IMG/VR virus record: IMGVR_UViG_2526164599_000009
Location: 1 to 37,661 of that record
Length of the DNA: 37,661 bases
Source: a virus
Taxonomy: Duplodnaviria > Heunggongvirae > Uroviricota > Caudoviricetes
Direction: 5' to 3' (one strand)
The translations under genes and the position numbers were made by a program. Below, piece after piece: positions 27,215 to 36,075 of the stretch. The notes under the pieces were generated by a model that worked only from the letters and a program-made list of their open reading frames with translations, did not search any database and was not told the origin of the DNA. How positions within the stretch are numbered: position 1 is the first letter of the stretch; the number at the start of each line of letters is the position of its first letter.

Positions 27215-27715
27215 TGCGGCTCTTACGATGTAATTGAATGCAACGTTGCGAGGGCGAGTTTCTGTACCTACATTTCCACTAATTTCACCAAACCGTTTTA
27301 CATTACGAGAGCTAATGGCTCGTAGTGAGGAAGGCACCCTTAAACCGGGTTCGTCTGTTTTAACTATTCCCCCGTCCCCGTATGTAGCCAGTATTCCAGG
27401 GTTTAATCCTTCCCGTGCACTTTCCACGGCAAGTCCGTTCCCGGTCCATAATTCCATATAGTGTGCATGATCCAAAATTGTGTGTGGCTGCCAATTAAGC
27501 AAAGCGCGGCCAGCATCCACCCCGCGCCCATCATCCCAGCCGCGAATAAATTCTCCCCGTAAATCCGGTAATTTATTTGCGGGGTAGGCTTTTGCCAGTC
27601 CGGGATACATTTCAGAAGAAAATGCTGCACCATTGCATTTCAGCCAGCCCGTTGGTGGTGTGGCTGAGGGCCATGGAACGGGCACACCAACAGGCAGCGC
27701 AGAACCTTCCCCCAA
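27212..27715 (-). CDS. Promoterless tail-fibre C-terminal cassette 5 (inverted near-identical copy of cassette 2)
   Basis: 167 aa, differs from cassette 2 by one residue (G for K). Confidence 0.6.
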   Translation of the reverse strand: MGEGSALPVGVPVPWPSATPPTGWLKCNGAAFSSEMYPGLAKAYPANKLPDLRGEFIRGWDDGRGVDAGRALLNWQPHTILDHAHYMELWTGNGLAVESAREGLNPGILATYGDGGIVKTDEPGLRVPSSLRAISSRNVKRFGEISGNVGTETRPRNVAFNYIVRAA

Positions 27716-27727
27716 ACCAACGTTTTC
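27705..27727 (-). other. Invertase crossover site 5 (inverted)
   Basis: reverse complement reads GAAAACGTTGGTTTGGGGGAAGG. Confidence 0.6.
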
Positions 27728-28289
27728 ATGCTGCCCTTACGATGTAATTAAACGCAATGTTGCGTGGGCGGTTTTCGTTTGCAGTTGGAACAATTTTTGA
27801 AGCATCAAGGCCAATCACTTTTGGGTAAACAGCGCCGTCTGTCCTTTCTGTCACCATACTTCTGACTAAGGAGAAATAACTATTGTTTGTTGAGGAATTT
27901 AAAGGCACCACTGCCCCCTTAAACGAGCCTACTGATTCCCATATTGAATAATTTTCAGTGTTTACAGTCTTGAACTCACCATAGATATTACGTATGGCAT
28001 CACCTTGAGCGGATAATATTGTTCTCCCCGCATCCGCACTACGTCCATCATCCCAGCCACGAATAAATTCACCCCGTAAATCCGGTAATTTATTGGTGGG
28101 GTAAGCCTTTGCCAGTCCGGGATACATTTCAGAAGAAAATGCTGCGCCGTTACATTTCAGCCAGCCCGTTGGTGGTGTTGCTGAGGGCCACGGAACGGGC
28201 ACACCAACAGGCAGCGCAGAACCTTCCCCCAAACCAACGTTTTCGTTTTTATCCCTACCTATACCAACTATGTATTTTTCACGAAACAA
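27726..28289 (-). CDS. Promoterless tail-fibre C-terminal cassette 6 (inverted copy of the H C-terminus)
   Basis: from GEGSALPV onward identical in protein and DNA to H residues about 378-547; the N-terminal 17 codons of the track ORF are outside the cassette. Confidence 0.6.
   Translation of the reverse strand: MFREKYIVGIGRDKNENVGLGEGSALPVGVPVPWPSATPPTGWLKCNGAAFSSEMYPGLAKAYPTNKLPDLRGEFIRGWDDGRSADAGRTILSAQGDAIRNIYGEFKTVNTENYSIWESVGSFKGAVVPLNSSTNNSYFSLVRSMVTERTDGAVYPKVIGLDASKIVPTANENRPRNIAFNYIVRAA
28222..28245 (-). other. Invertase crossover site 6 (inverted)
   Basis: reverse complement reads GAAAACGTTGGTTTGGGGGAAGG; about 60 bp from the invertase start. Confidence 0.6.
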
Positions 28290-28303
28290 AGAGGATGTTT
28301 TTT

Positions 28304-28903
28304 ATGCAAATTGGCTATATTCGTGTGTCAACAAATGACCAGAACACGGATTTACAACGCAATGCACTGAACTGCGCAGGATGTGAACTGATTTTTGAAG
28401 ATAAAATCAGCGGAACGAAATCAGCCAGACCGGGATTGAAAAAACTGCTCAGAACGCTATCAGAAGGAGATACGCTGGTTGTCTGGAAGCTGGACAGACT
28501 GGGCAGAAGTATGAAACACCTGATCACGCTTATTGAGGAATTGCGGGAAAAAGGTGTTAATTTCCGTAGTCTGACGGACAGCATTGACACATCAACACCC
28601 ATGGGGCGTTTCTTTTTTCACGTCATGGGGGCTTTAGCCGAAATGGAACGTGAATTAATTGTAGAGCGTACACTGGCCGGGCTGGCAGCAGCACGCGCAC
28701 AAGGACGCATTGGCGGACGTCGCCCGAAGTTGACAAAAGAACAACACGAGCAAATAGCGAGGCTGATTAAAAACGGTCATGACAGGAAACAACTGGCGAT
28801 CATTTACGACATCGGCATATCGACGATTTATCGTTATCACCCTGTAGGCGATATACAGGCTGAAGAAACAACCAGGCAGACTCAGGAAAATGAAAACCGC
28901 TAA
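28304..28903 (+). CDS. Serine DNA invertase (Hin/Gin/Cin/Pin family)
   Basis: ATG 28304; N-terminus MQIGYIRVSTNDQNTDLQRNAL with catalytic Ser in the RVST context; C-terminal HTH (GISTIYRY); 199 aa. Confidence 0.9.
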   Translation: MQIGYIRVSTNDQNTDLQRNALNCAGCELIFEDKISGTKSARPGLKKLLRTLSEGDTLVVWKLDRLGRSMKHLITLIEELREKGVNFRSLTDSIDTSTPMGRFFFHVMGALAEMERELIVERTLAGLAAARAQGRIGGRRPKLTKEQHEQIARLIKNGHDRKQLAIIYDIGISTIYRYHPVGDIQAEETTRQTQENENR

Positions 28904-28921
28904 TCTGACCATTAGCGGTTT
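28893..28921. terminator. Bidirectional hairpin between convergent invertase and gpU genes
   Basis: perfect stem ACCGCTAAT / ATTAGCGGT with loop CTGACC, flanked by A-run upstream and TTTTG downstream; overlaps the invertase stop. Confidence 0.5.
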
Positions 28922-28929
28922 TGCGTTAA

Positions 28930-29424
28930 TCAAAACAGCCCTTTAACGGAGCTGGCCGCGCTGTTAAGGGATGATGTGACCTTATCTTTGAAGCCGGACA
29001 GCATATCACTGAACGATGAGGATTGCAGGCGCTCCCGCAAATCCTCATCACAGCGTTCAAGAGTCAGTGAAAATTCTATCTTTTTCGCCTTACCGTAGCG
29101 ATCAAACTCGGAGCGGGTCGTATTCGTTCCGGTCAGGACATACATGCCGTAAATCTGCCCGACACCATCAATCAGAGGCCAGGGGCGTCCTGTATATGCC
29201 TGCGAGGTCAGCAACGAAAGCGACACTTCGCCACCTGTAATTTCAGGATAAAGCACACCAGAAAGAACGATGCGATCATCGCCTGCCCCGATATACTGCC
29301 AGCTTGCTGAACGGTTAACGCGTTCATTTTTCACATGCCGCCAGCTTTTGTTTTGCTGTAACTGCTGATGCGGCAACGTGCGCAGCTCAAAAACAAACAT
29401 GCCATAGATCATCATCATGGCCAT
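28930..29424 (-). CDS. U: Tail protein (P2 gpU-like)
   Basis: 164-aa ORF with RBS GAGGAG; WPLIDG...IYGMYV pattern as in P2 U as recalled. Confidence 0.75.
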   Translation of the reverse strand: MAMMMIYGMFVFELRTLPHQQLQQNKSWRHVKNERVNRSASWQYIGAGDDRIVLSGVLYPEITGGEVSLSLLTSQAYTGRPWPLIDGVGQIYGMYVLTGTNTTRSEFDRYGKAKKIEFSLTLERCDEDLRERLQSSSFSDMLSGFKDKVTSSLNSAASSVKGLF

Positions 29425-29430
29425 GACTCC

Positions 29431-32238
29431 TCAATCTTTATCGTAAAAACTGCCACGCCCGGCACGGGCGCGCCGTTCCATCTCTGCCCTGACCATTTCA
29501 CCGACCAGTTTCGCCAGTTCGCGGGGATTCTGTGTAACAACGTTATGCAGATGAACATGAATTTCACCACCAAATCCGGAGGCAACAGGCTCCCGGTTAC
29601 GGGAAGTTACAGGAACTGATGCCACTGGAGATCGTATGGCCTCCGCCACCGGGCGGGAGCTGGCCGCAACAACAGGGACCAGCGCCGGAGGCAGCGGAGC
29701 CGGGACCACGGGTGTGATATTAATTGCGGGGGCAGGCTTACTGGCCTGCGCAATCTTCCGCTCCTGCCACTCCCCACGAACAGCAAGTGCTCGGGGCAGG
29801 TTTTTAAAGACAATATCGCCGGGGCCAATGCGTTTTTTCGTCTCCTCAACCAGCTTACCTGTGTTATCAGCAATTTTGCTGAGTCTGCGTAGCGTCCCGG
29901 TATTGCTGTCTGTGAGCGGTTTGTTGTCTTTGGGTTTATCACCTCCGGTGCCATTGCCATTTTCCACAGGCTTCGGCGGATTGATTTTCGCCAGGTCCCC
30001 TTGAAGTAAGGCAACCTTGTCCTGAAGAATGGCCGCACGCTGTGCGTCTTCGATTTTCTTTCTCGCCCTTTCCGCTTCATCCGGAAGAACACCGAGTTTT
30101 TCAAGTATCCACGCCAGCGTATCCAGCAACATTTTTGCAGGCGTCAGAACAAGCTGTAACGCGCCACCAAGAACGTTACCGAATATCTCGCCAGCACTGG
30201 TACATTTATCCAGCGTTTCCTTGCTGGACTCCATCGGTGACAGCAGCGATTTAAACCAGTTAAACACCTGGCTGATCCCGCTTCCGATTGCGTCAAAAAC
30301 AGGGCCAAACCGTTCAAAGGTTTCACGCAACGGGTTCAGCCTTTCCATAATCCCGCTGAACACCCCGGCAAAAAATGCCCTGATGGGATCCCAGTATTTC
30401 CAGATAAGAACGGCAGCGCCGGCAAGCGCAGCCACGATAAGACTAACCGGACTGAACAGCGCCCCGATAGCTCCTCCCAGCAAAGAAACAGAACCCGTCA
30501 CCATTCCCCACAGCGCAGGCAACACCCTGATGACATTCATTGACCGGGTAAGAATGTCGAAACCAAGACGCAAGGTGGCCAGCTTCCCGTAAAGCACCCC
30601 AATAACCAGCGACAACGAGCCAATCGTTGCAGTCATTGCCAGCAACGCACCGCTTGCTATCAGTAGCTGGCGCGTCAGTACCGGATGGGCCTGCGCCAGC
30701 GAGGTGATTTTTTCAAGCACCCGCGTGAGCCACTGCGTGACAGAACGCAGCGGACCGTCAACCAGATCACTGATGCGAATACGAAGACCTTCCCATGCGC
30801 TGTCGAGATTTTTCAGGTCTCCATCAAGATTATCGGCCATTACTTTTGCAACGCGATCGGCCTCTCCCCTTGCCCCCTGCAATTCTCTGGTCAGTTTTTG
30901 CAGTTCTCCTGAACCAGCCGCCGCAACAAGCGTCTGCAAACCAACGAACGCCTCTTCTCCGGCGATGTCCTTGAAGAAGGAGACCTGGTCCACCTGTCCG
31001 TATTTTTGTGTCGCCTTATAGAGATCAAGCAGCACATCCTCCATCGGGCGCATTTTGCCTCTGGCGTCAGCAACTGACACCCCCTGCTCTTTCAGTGCAT
31101 CAGCCGCAGCTTTTGGCGGTGATGCAAGGCGGGACAGACTTGCGCGCATGGCCGTACCAGCATCGCTTCCGCGAAGACCATTATTGGCAAGCATCCCGGC
31201 CATGGCCGCCGCTTCTTCAAGACTGATACCAAGTTTTGCGGCAACCGGACCGGTATACTTCATGGTTTCGCCCAGCGCGCGTAAATCAGTATTGGTCCGG
31301 GTGAATGCTGCTGTCAGCGTATCGCCAACCCGGTCCATTTGATCGGCTGTCAGGTTGAACTGTGTGAGGATATTGGAGCCTATATCAGCCGTCTCGCCGA
31401 GTTCGACGCCACCTGCCAGCGCCATATTAAGAACACCGGGCAATGCGGCCTGAATGGCCTGCGGAGTAAAACCAGCCATTGCCAGAAAGCTCTGCCCACT
31501 GGCGGCATCACTCGCAGTAAACTGTGTTTCAGAACCAAGTTTTAACGCCTGCTCACGCAGCGCCTTAAACTGCGGGCTGTTTTTGTCGATTCGCGTCAGT
31601 GCCTGAACGCGGGACATCTCTTTGCCGAACCCGATCGCAGGCTGCAAAAAACGCCCGGCAGCATAGCCGCCAGCCGCTGCAGCACCAATTGCCAGCGCAC
31701 CACCTGTTTTCAGTTTTCCCGCGGTTTCCTGCGCGCGCGAATACCGCTCACGCGCCCGCGTTACACGCGCAAGCGCCTGCCGTTCGCGTTCAAGCTGGTT
31801 GTTGTACTGTTCGGTGCGTCTGATGGCCTGCTGGATGGTGTTATCGCTGCCTGTCAGGGAAATGCCGTGGCGTTTCAGCTCTCCGCCAAGTTCCCGCATT
31901 TTCTGAATTTCCCGTGTGCGCGATTCATTCAGGCGTTCAAGCCGGCTGCTTAACTGCTGCATCAGCTTTTGTTGTTTTTCGCTGAGCACTGTACCCGTGC
32001 GTTGTAACTGATTAAGGGCGTTAAGCTGGCGTCGTGCTTTCACGATACCCGCATCCGCTTTACTGACAGCGTCGCGGGCGCGCTCAAATGAACGCGCCTG
32101 ACGCTCGAGATTTTTGATCGCCCCCTGCGTTCGCTGGATGGAGTCACCAAACTGCCCCATCAGGCGGCGGGCGTTTTCGGCAGGCCGGGTCAGCCTGTCA
32201 ACGGCGCTGAAAGCGACCCGGATATCAAGAGTCTTCAT
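29431..32238 (-). CDS. T: Tail tape measure protein (P2 gpT-like)
   Basis: roughly 935-aa ORF from ATG 32238 (RBS GGGAG) or 947 aa from GTG 32274; coiled-coil N-terminus, Gly/Ala-rich hydrophobic middle. Confidence 0.85.
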   Translation of the reverse strand: MKTLDIRVAFSAVDRLTRPAENARRLMGQFGDSIQRTQGAIKNLERQARSFERARDAVSKADAGIVKARRQLNALNQLQRTGTVLSEKQQKLMQQLSSRLERLNESRTREIQKMRELGGELKRHGISLTGSDNTIQQAIRRTEQYNNQLERERQALARVTRARERYSRAQETAGKLKTGGALAIGAAAAGGYAAGRFLQPAIGFGKEMSRVQALTRIDKNSPQFKALREQALKLGSETQFTASDAASGQSFLAMAGFTPQAIQAALPGVLNMALAGGVELGETADIGSNILTQFNLTADQMDRVGDTLTAAFTRTNTDLRALGETMKYTGPVAAKLGISLEEAAAMAGMLANNGLRGSDAGTAMRASLSRLASPPKAAADALKEQGVSVADARGKMRPMEDVLLDLYKATQKYGQVDQVSFFKDIAGEEAFVGLQTLVAAAGSGELQKLTRELQGARGEADRVAKVMADNLDGDLKNLDSAWEGLRIRISDLVDGPLRSVTQWLTRVLEKITSLAQAHPVLTRQLLIASGALLAMTATIGSLSLVIGVLYGKLATLRLGFDILTRSMNVIRVLPALWGMVTGSVSLLGGAIGALFSPVSLIVAALAGAAVLIWKYWDPIRAFFAGVFSGIMERLNPLRETFERFGPVFDAIGSGISQVFNWFKSLLSPMESSKETLDKCTSAGEIFGNVLGGALQLVLTPAKMLLDTLAWILEKLGVLPDEAERARKKIEDAQRAAILQDKVALLQGDLAKINPPKPVENGNGTGGDKPKDNKPLTDSNTGTLRRLSKIADNTGKLVEETKKRIGPGDIVFKNLPRALAVRGEWQERKIAQASKPAPAINITPVVPAPLPPALVPVVAASSRPVAEAIRSPVASVPVTSRNREPVASGFGGEIHVHLHNVVTQNPRELAKLVGEMVRAEMERRARAGRGSFYDKD

Positions 32239-32461
32239 TGTCTGCACTCCCGCTGCGAAGTGCCGCCCGCTCACGCCAGCTAACCACTTCGCCGGGCGTC
32301 ATCATGAAGATTTCGGCGGGCGACCAGTTAAAAATAACGGCAATATCTGCCACAAAGTCTTCTATGTGCTCAAAGCACACAATCGTGATCAGGCTTCCGT
32401 CGCCTGTTCGTTCTTCCCGCCAGAGTCCGCACCGCTCAAAAAATTTACGGCAACCGCACAT
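32225..32461 (-). CDS. E' extension, expressed as E+E' by -1 frameshift
   Basis: -1 frame ORF continuing from AAT TTT TTG (forward 32438-32446) to 32225; overlaps the T start; analogous to P2 E/E' and lambda G/GT. Confidence 0.6.
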   Translation of the reverse strand: MCGCRKFFERCGLWREERTGDGSLITIVCFEHIEDFVADIAVIFNWSPAEIFMMTPGEVVSWRERAALRSGSADNEDS

Positions 32462-32754
32462 AACTGAATAAAGTCACGGGATGCCATTTTTTTGATCGTC
32501 ACTTCATCCAGTCGCGGTGATGTCACGCGTGACAGCAGCGTAAACATGGATTCCGCTTTCAGATTCAGCACATCAGACAGCGACAAATCTCGCAGAGATC
32601 CAGCCTGCTCAATAGCTCCGGTGATCTCCACATACGTGATTTTTTCGCCGCCTCGCTCAATTGGTTGGGTAAGTTTTACGCCACGCTCACTGGTTTCTTT
32701 CACAGTGTCAGCAACGACCGTGTTTTCGGTATCGATGTTTTTCGTCTCTTTCAT
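32389..32754 (-). CDS. E: Tail assembly chaperone (P2 gpE-like)
   Basis: 121-aa ORF with RBS AAGGAG; contains slippery TTTTTTG near its 3' end. Confidence 0.7.
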   Translation of the reverse strand: MKETKNIDTENTVVADTVKETSERGVKLTQPIERGGEKITYVEITGAIEQAGSLRDLSLSDVLNLKAESMFTLLSRVTSPRLDEVTIKKMASRDFIQLCAVAVNFLSGADSGGKNEQATEA

Positions 32755-32808
32755 CAGGAAACTCCTTTCAGTCAGAGGCGACGCACTGCGCCGCCTGCAT
32801 ATTACTTA

Positions 32809-33321
32809 TCAGCCAAGCCCAAGCGCGGAACGGATGCGATCGGGCACAATGTCCTTGCCGTCCTTCCGGTAAATGAAGTTCAGCAGGTCAATCTCCCACA
32901 ACGGGCGATCGTTAACACTCAGCTTGTAGTAGGTGTTTTTAATGGCGTAAGTGTGTGATGTGGCTTCGCCCTGTTTGGCTTCCCCCATATCAATTTCCGT
33001 CACACGTCCGCGCATCTCGATTTCATACAGATCGCTTTCTGCATCGGTGTAGTATTCACCCGCAAAACGCAGCAGCGTGCCGTCAATCGTGCCGCCATAT
33101 TTAAGGAACAGCGCACGAACAGCTCCCCCCATAACAAAACTCGCATCAAGCGCGGAGTCGTCCAGACCGAGATCAATACTTACCGCCCCCATCATGCCAC
33201 CACCACGATAGCTGTCGGTTTTGCGCGTCAGTTTAGGCAGGGTGACGGACGTCACCTTACCCACTTCGTTTTCACCATCCACAAACAGCGTAAAAAAGCG
33301 AAGATGTTTTGGTACAGCCAT
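32809..33321 (-). CDS. FII: Tail tube protein (P2 gpFII-like)
   Basis: 170-aa ORF immediately downstream of the sheath gene. Confidence 0.85.
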   Translation of the reverse strand: MAVPKHLRFFTLFVDGENEVGKVTSVTLPKLTRKTDSYRGGGMMGAVSIDLGLDDSALDASFVMGGAVRALFLKYGGTIDGTLLRFAGEYYTDAESDLYEIEMRGRVTEIDMGEAKQGEATSHTYAIKNTYYKLSVNDRPLWEIDLLNFIYRKDGKDIVPDRIRSALGLG

Positions 33322-34505
33322 CAGACACCTCCCAGCACCGCAAATGCGGGACCAAAGAATTCATCAGTAAACGACTGGTAAAGCTCCATGTCTTCCAGCG
33401 GGGGAACAGGCGTATATTTGTAGCGAATACGCACACGCCCCTGACGTAAATTCGTGGTGCCGTTATCCACCACGTCATACCAGCACGACGCCCCAATCAG
33501 TTTCCCGGCAGTAACCAGTGAATCCAGTTTTGCCCTGATGGCACTGATAACATCTTTCACGTTCGCAGGCGTCAGTGGACTGTCGATGGTTTCAAACTGC
33601 GCTTCCGCAATTGAATCAGCCAGCACCTGTGCGGTTCGGGTATACACCTCAAAGATGTAGGCGTTCGTTTCCGGTGTGCGGTTGCCCCAGAAGCGGAACC
33701 CGTTGCGACGAATAATGGTCGTGATTTCTTTGTTGTTGAGGCTGTTGGCATCGCTGTCTTCGGCCTGCAACGACCAGAACACATGCCTGGACATCCCCAG
33801 CACATTTTTAACCGGAACGTTGGACAGTGATTTGTGCCATCCCTGCTCATGGTCAATGTACGCACGAAGGCCGCACGCATAGGCAGGCGCGGGGAACGTT
33901 TCGTTTTTGCCACTTTTCGGGTTGTAGGCGATGAAGTCCGGCCATAAGAGCATCACCTCACGTTCGTTGAATTTCTGGCGGTAGGTAATCACCTCAGCCA
34001 TCGTGTTACAGCCGTGACATGAGGCATACACAAACGCGCGCAGTTTACCCGCAATCACGCACAGGGATTTTGTCACCGCCTCCGTGTCCAGCTCCGGCGC
34101 GGCCAGAATACGCGGACGGTATCCGATGCTTTCATCCTGCTCTGCAACAAGCAGCGCATACATCCCCGTATAGCTGCCGTCAGATTCAGAACCACCGATA
34201 ACCAGTTGATCCTGCGTCTTTCCGTCTTCTTCTTTGTGTTCAGCCACGCGAACGACGATCACCTTTGTGCTCACCTGGTCTGCGATGGCCTTAAGCGCAC
34301 GATAAAGCGTCCCCGTTGTCCCGCATTTTCCCAGCACGTCATTGACGCGGGTCAGCAGTGTGGGCTTGTTCAGCGGGAACAGCTTCGCGTCCGCATCATC
34401 CGCCGTTGCCACGATACCGATAACGCTGGAATCAACATCGTTAATCGCTGTTACCAGGTCGGTATTTTCCGTAACACGGGCACCATGAAAACGAGTTTCA
34501 CTCAT
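33321..34505 (-). CDS. FI: Tail sheath protein (P2 gpFI-like)
   Basis: 394-aa ORF with RBS AAGGGG; size and context as P2 FI. Confidence 0.9.
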   Translation of the reverse strand: MSETRFHGARVTENTDLVTAINDVDSSVIGIVATADDADAKLFPLNKPTLLTRVNDVLGKCGTTGTLYRALKAIADQVSTKVIVVRVAEHKEEDGKTQDQLVIGGSESDGSYTGMYALLVAEQDESIGYRPRILAAPELDTEAVTKSLCVIAGKLRAFVYASCHGCNTMAEVITYRQKFNEREVMLLWPDFIAYNPKSGKNETFPAPAYACGLRAYIDHEQGWHKSLSNVPVKNVLGMSRHVFWSLQAEDSDANSLNNKEITTIIRRNGFRFWGNRTPETNAYIFEVYTRTAQVLADSIAEAQFETIDSPLTPANVKDVISAIRAKLDSLVTAGKLIGASCWYDVVDNGTTNLRQGRVRIRYKYTPVPPLEDMELYQSFTDEFFGPAFAVLGGV

Positions 34506-34662
34506 AGCTTTAGCCCCTTGTATCCGTTAAATGATTCGGCAACAATCATCACCCACCACGCGCGTAATCTCACCCCTGTGCCGTTCTCCCGATCCGGCGA
34601 CAACAAAAAGCAGTAACCCCCTCCGCACGCACATGCGACCATGCCGCACAGGGAGGGAACAG
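34506..34662. promoter_or_regulatory. Divergent promoter region between FI operon and D
   Basis: 157-bp intergenic region between divergent late genes; promoter elements not resolved. Confidence 0.3.
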
Positions 34663-35772
34663 ATGACCGATACCACCATGCAATTGCTCAGTCAGGGCAC
34701 AGACCCCGTGAAAATGCCGGATTTTGATATTCTCGCGGAGGGTAAAACGCTGTCAGGCGTGGCAGAGCGCCTGATGAGCCTGTCACTGACCGACAACCGG
34801 GGATTTGACGCGGACCAGCTCACCATCACGCTGGATGATGCGGATGGTCAGTTGCAGCTACCGCCACGGGGCGCGCGCCTGACGGTTCTCATTGGCTGGA
34901 AAGGAGAACCGCTGACAGAAAAAGGCACTTACATTGTTGATGAAATCGCTCACGAAGGACCGCCGGACAGGCTGACTGTTTCAGCCAGAAGCGCAGATTT
35001 TCGGGATGAATTTAACGTTAAACGTGAGGTGTCCTGGCATGATGTGACCGTTGAGCGTGTGGTATCCGCCATCGCTCATCGGTATGGTCTGAAACCGCAA
35101 ATCAGCGAAATGCTGATGGATATCGAAATCGACCACGCCGACCAGACCGAAGAAAGCGACATGTCCTTCCTTACGCGCATGGCGGAAATGCTGGGCGCAA
35201 TCACCACGGTAAAAAGCGGTAATCTGTTATTCATTATGCCAGGCGGTGGCGTGAACGCACAGGGCCAGCCGTTGCCATCGTTCGCCATCACGCGCAGCAG
35301 TGGCGATCGCCATCAGTTCCGCATTGCTGACCGCGAAGCGTATACGGGGGTACGCGCTTACTGGCTTGATCTTAATTACGGGAAAAAGAAAAAAGTCAGC
35401 GTGAAACACCGCAAACCGCCAAAACCCAAAAAGGAGAAAAGCAGCAGCCGCGAAGGTGATTATATGGAAGGCGCGGAAGGCAATGTGTTTGTGTTACGCA
35501 AGACTTATCAGAACGAGCAGGCAGCAAGACGCGCAGCGGCGGCAAAGTGGCAGCAGCTACAACGCGGAGCCGCATCATTCTCCATCACGCTGGCATGTGG
35601 TCGTGCAGAACTCTACCCCGAAATGCATGGCACGGTAACAGGATTTAAAAGCGAGATTGATAATCAGGACTGGATTATTGCAAAAGCCGAGCACACCATC
35701 GATAACAGCGGCTTTACCACGCAGCTTGAGCTTGAGGCAAAAATCCCGGAATGGATAGCAGAAACAGAGTGA
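34663..35772 (+). CDS. D: Tail protein D (P2 gpD-like)
   Basis: ATG 34663 after RBS GGGAGGG; 369 aa; the track ORF from 34531 has no RBS and is probably over-extended. Confidence 0.85.
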   Translation: MTDTTMQLLSQGTDPVKMPDFDILAEGKTLSGVAERLMSLSLTDNRGFDADQLTITLDDADGQLQLPPRGARLTVLIGWKGEPLTEKGTYIVDEIAHEGPPDRLTVSARSADFRDEFNVKREVSWHDVTVERVVSAIAHRYGLKPQISEMLMDIEIDHADQTEESDMSFLTRMAEMLGAITTVKSGNLLFIMPGGGVNAQGQPLPSFAITRSSGDRHQFRIADREAYTGVRAYWLDLNYGKKKKVSVKHRKPPKPKKEKSSSREGDYMEGAEGNVFVLRKTYQNEQAARRAAAAKWQQLQRGAASFSITLACGRAELYPEMHGTVTGFKSEIDNQDWIIAKAEHTIDNSGFTTQLELEAKIPEWIAETE

Positions 35773-35814
35773 GCAACTTAGAATAGCAGCAGCACCACGT
35801 TAAGGGAGGTCGCT

Positions 35815-36075
35815 ATGTTCCGTTGTCCGCTTTGTGGCGCATCTGCCCGTATCCGCACCAGTCGTCCGGAAAATGATTCAAACACCGTGCGGCAAAAGTA
35901 TTACCAGTGTAACAACCTGGAATGCGGCGTATGCTTCTCAACACTGGAAGCTTTCCATAAATTCACATCAAAACACACCTCCGGCGTTCACTCTTCAGAA
36001 GGTATCCCGTGGCATGAGCTGCCAGCTTCACACAGGGGAAACAATCAGATGAGTTTGCCTTTACCTCAGAATTAA
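35815..36075 (+). CDS. ogr: Ogr/Delta-family zinc-finger late transcription activator
   Basis: MFRCPLCGASARIRTSR...YYQCNNLECGVCFSTLE has the C-x2-C...C-x4-C arrangement of P2 Ogr; RBS GGGAGG; last prophage gene. Confidence 0.8.
   Translation: MFRCPLCGASARIRTSRPENDSNTVRQKYYQCNNLECGVCFSTLEAFHKFTSKHTSGVHSSEGIPWHELPASHRGNNQMSLPLPQN

Larger units (their letters stand above)
27201..28245 (-). repeat. Right arm of the roughly 1.04-kb inverted repeat
   Basis: contains cassettes 5 and 6; overlapping antisense ORFs are also duplicated (25217..25447 versus 27403..27633). Confidence 0.8.

Noticed and set aside
24600-28300. Possible CRISPR-like array suggested by regularly recurring conserved segments
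   Set aside because: Repeat units are about 170-bp coding segments with mixed orientation separated by about 300-bp coding cassettes, not short direct repeats with spacers; explained by fibre cassettes and crossover sites.
28109-28303. N-terminal extension of the invertase ORF in the track (starting MPVRDTFQ...)
   Set aside because: The extension overlaps minus-strand cassette 6 and a crossover site; the canonical invertase N-terminus MQIGYIRVST begins at ATG 28304.
29607-30592. Several 100-190-aa ORFs on both strands within the tape measure gene
   Set aside because: Alternative frames of a long, compositionally biased gene; the tape measure frame is the only one with phage-like features and correct context.
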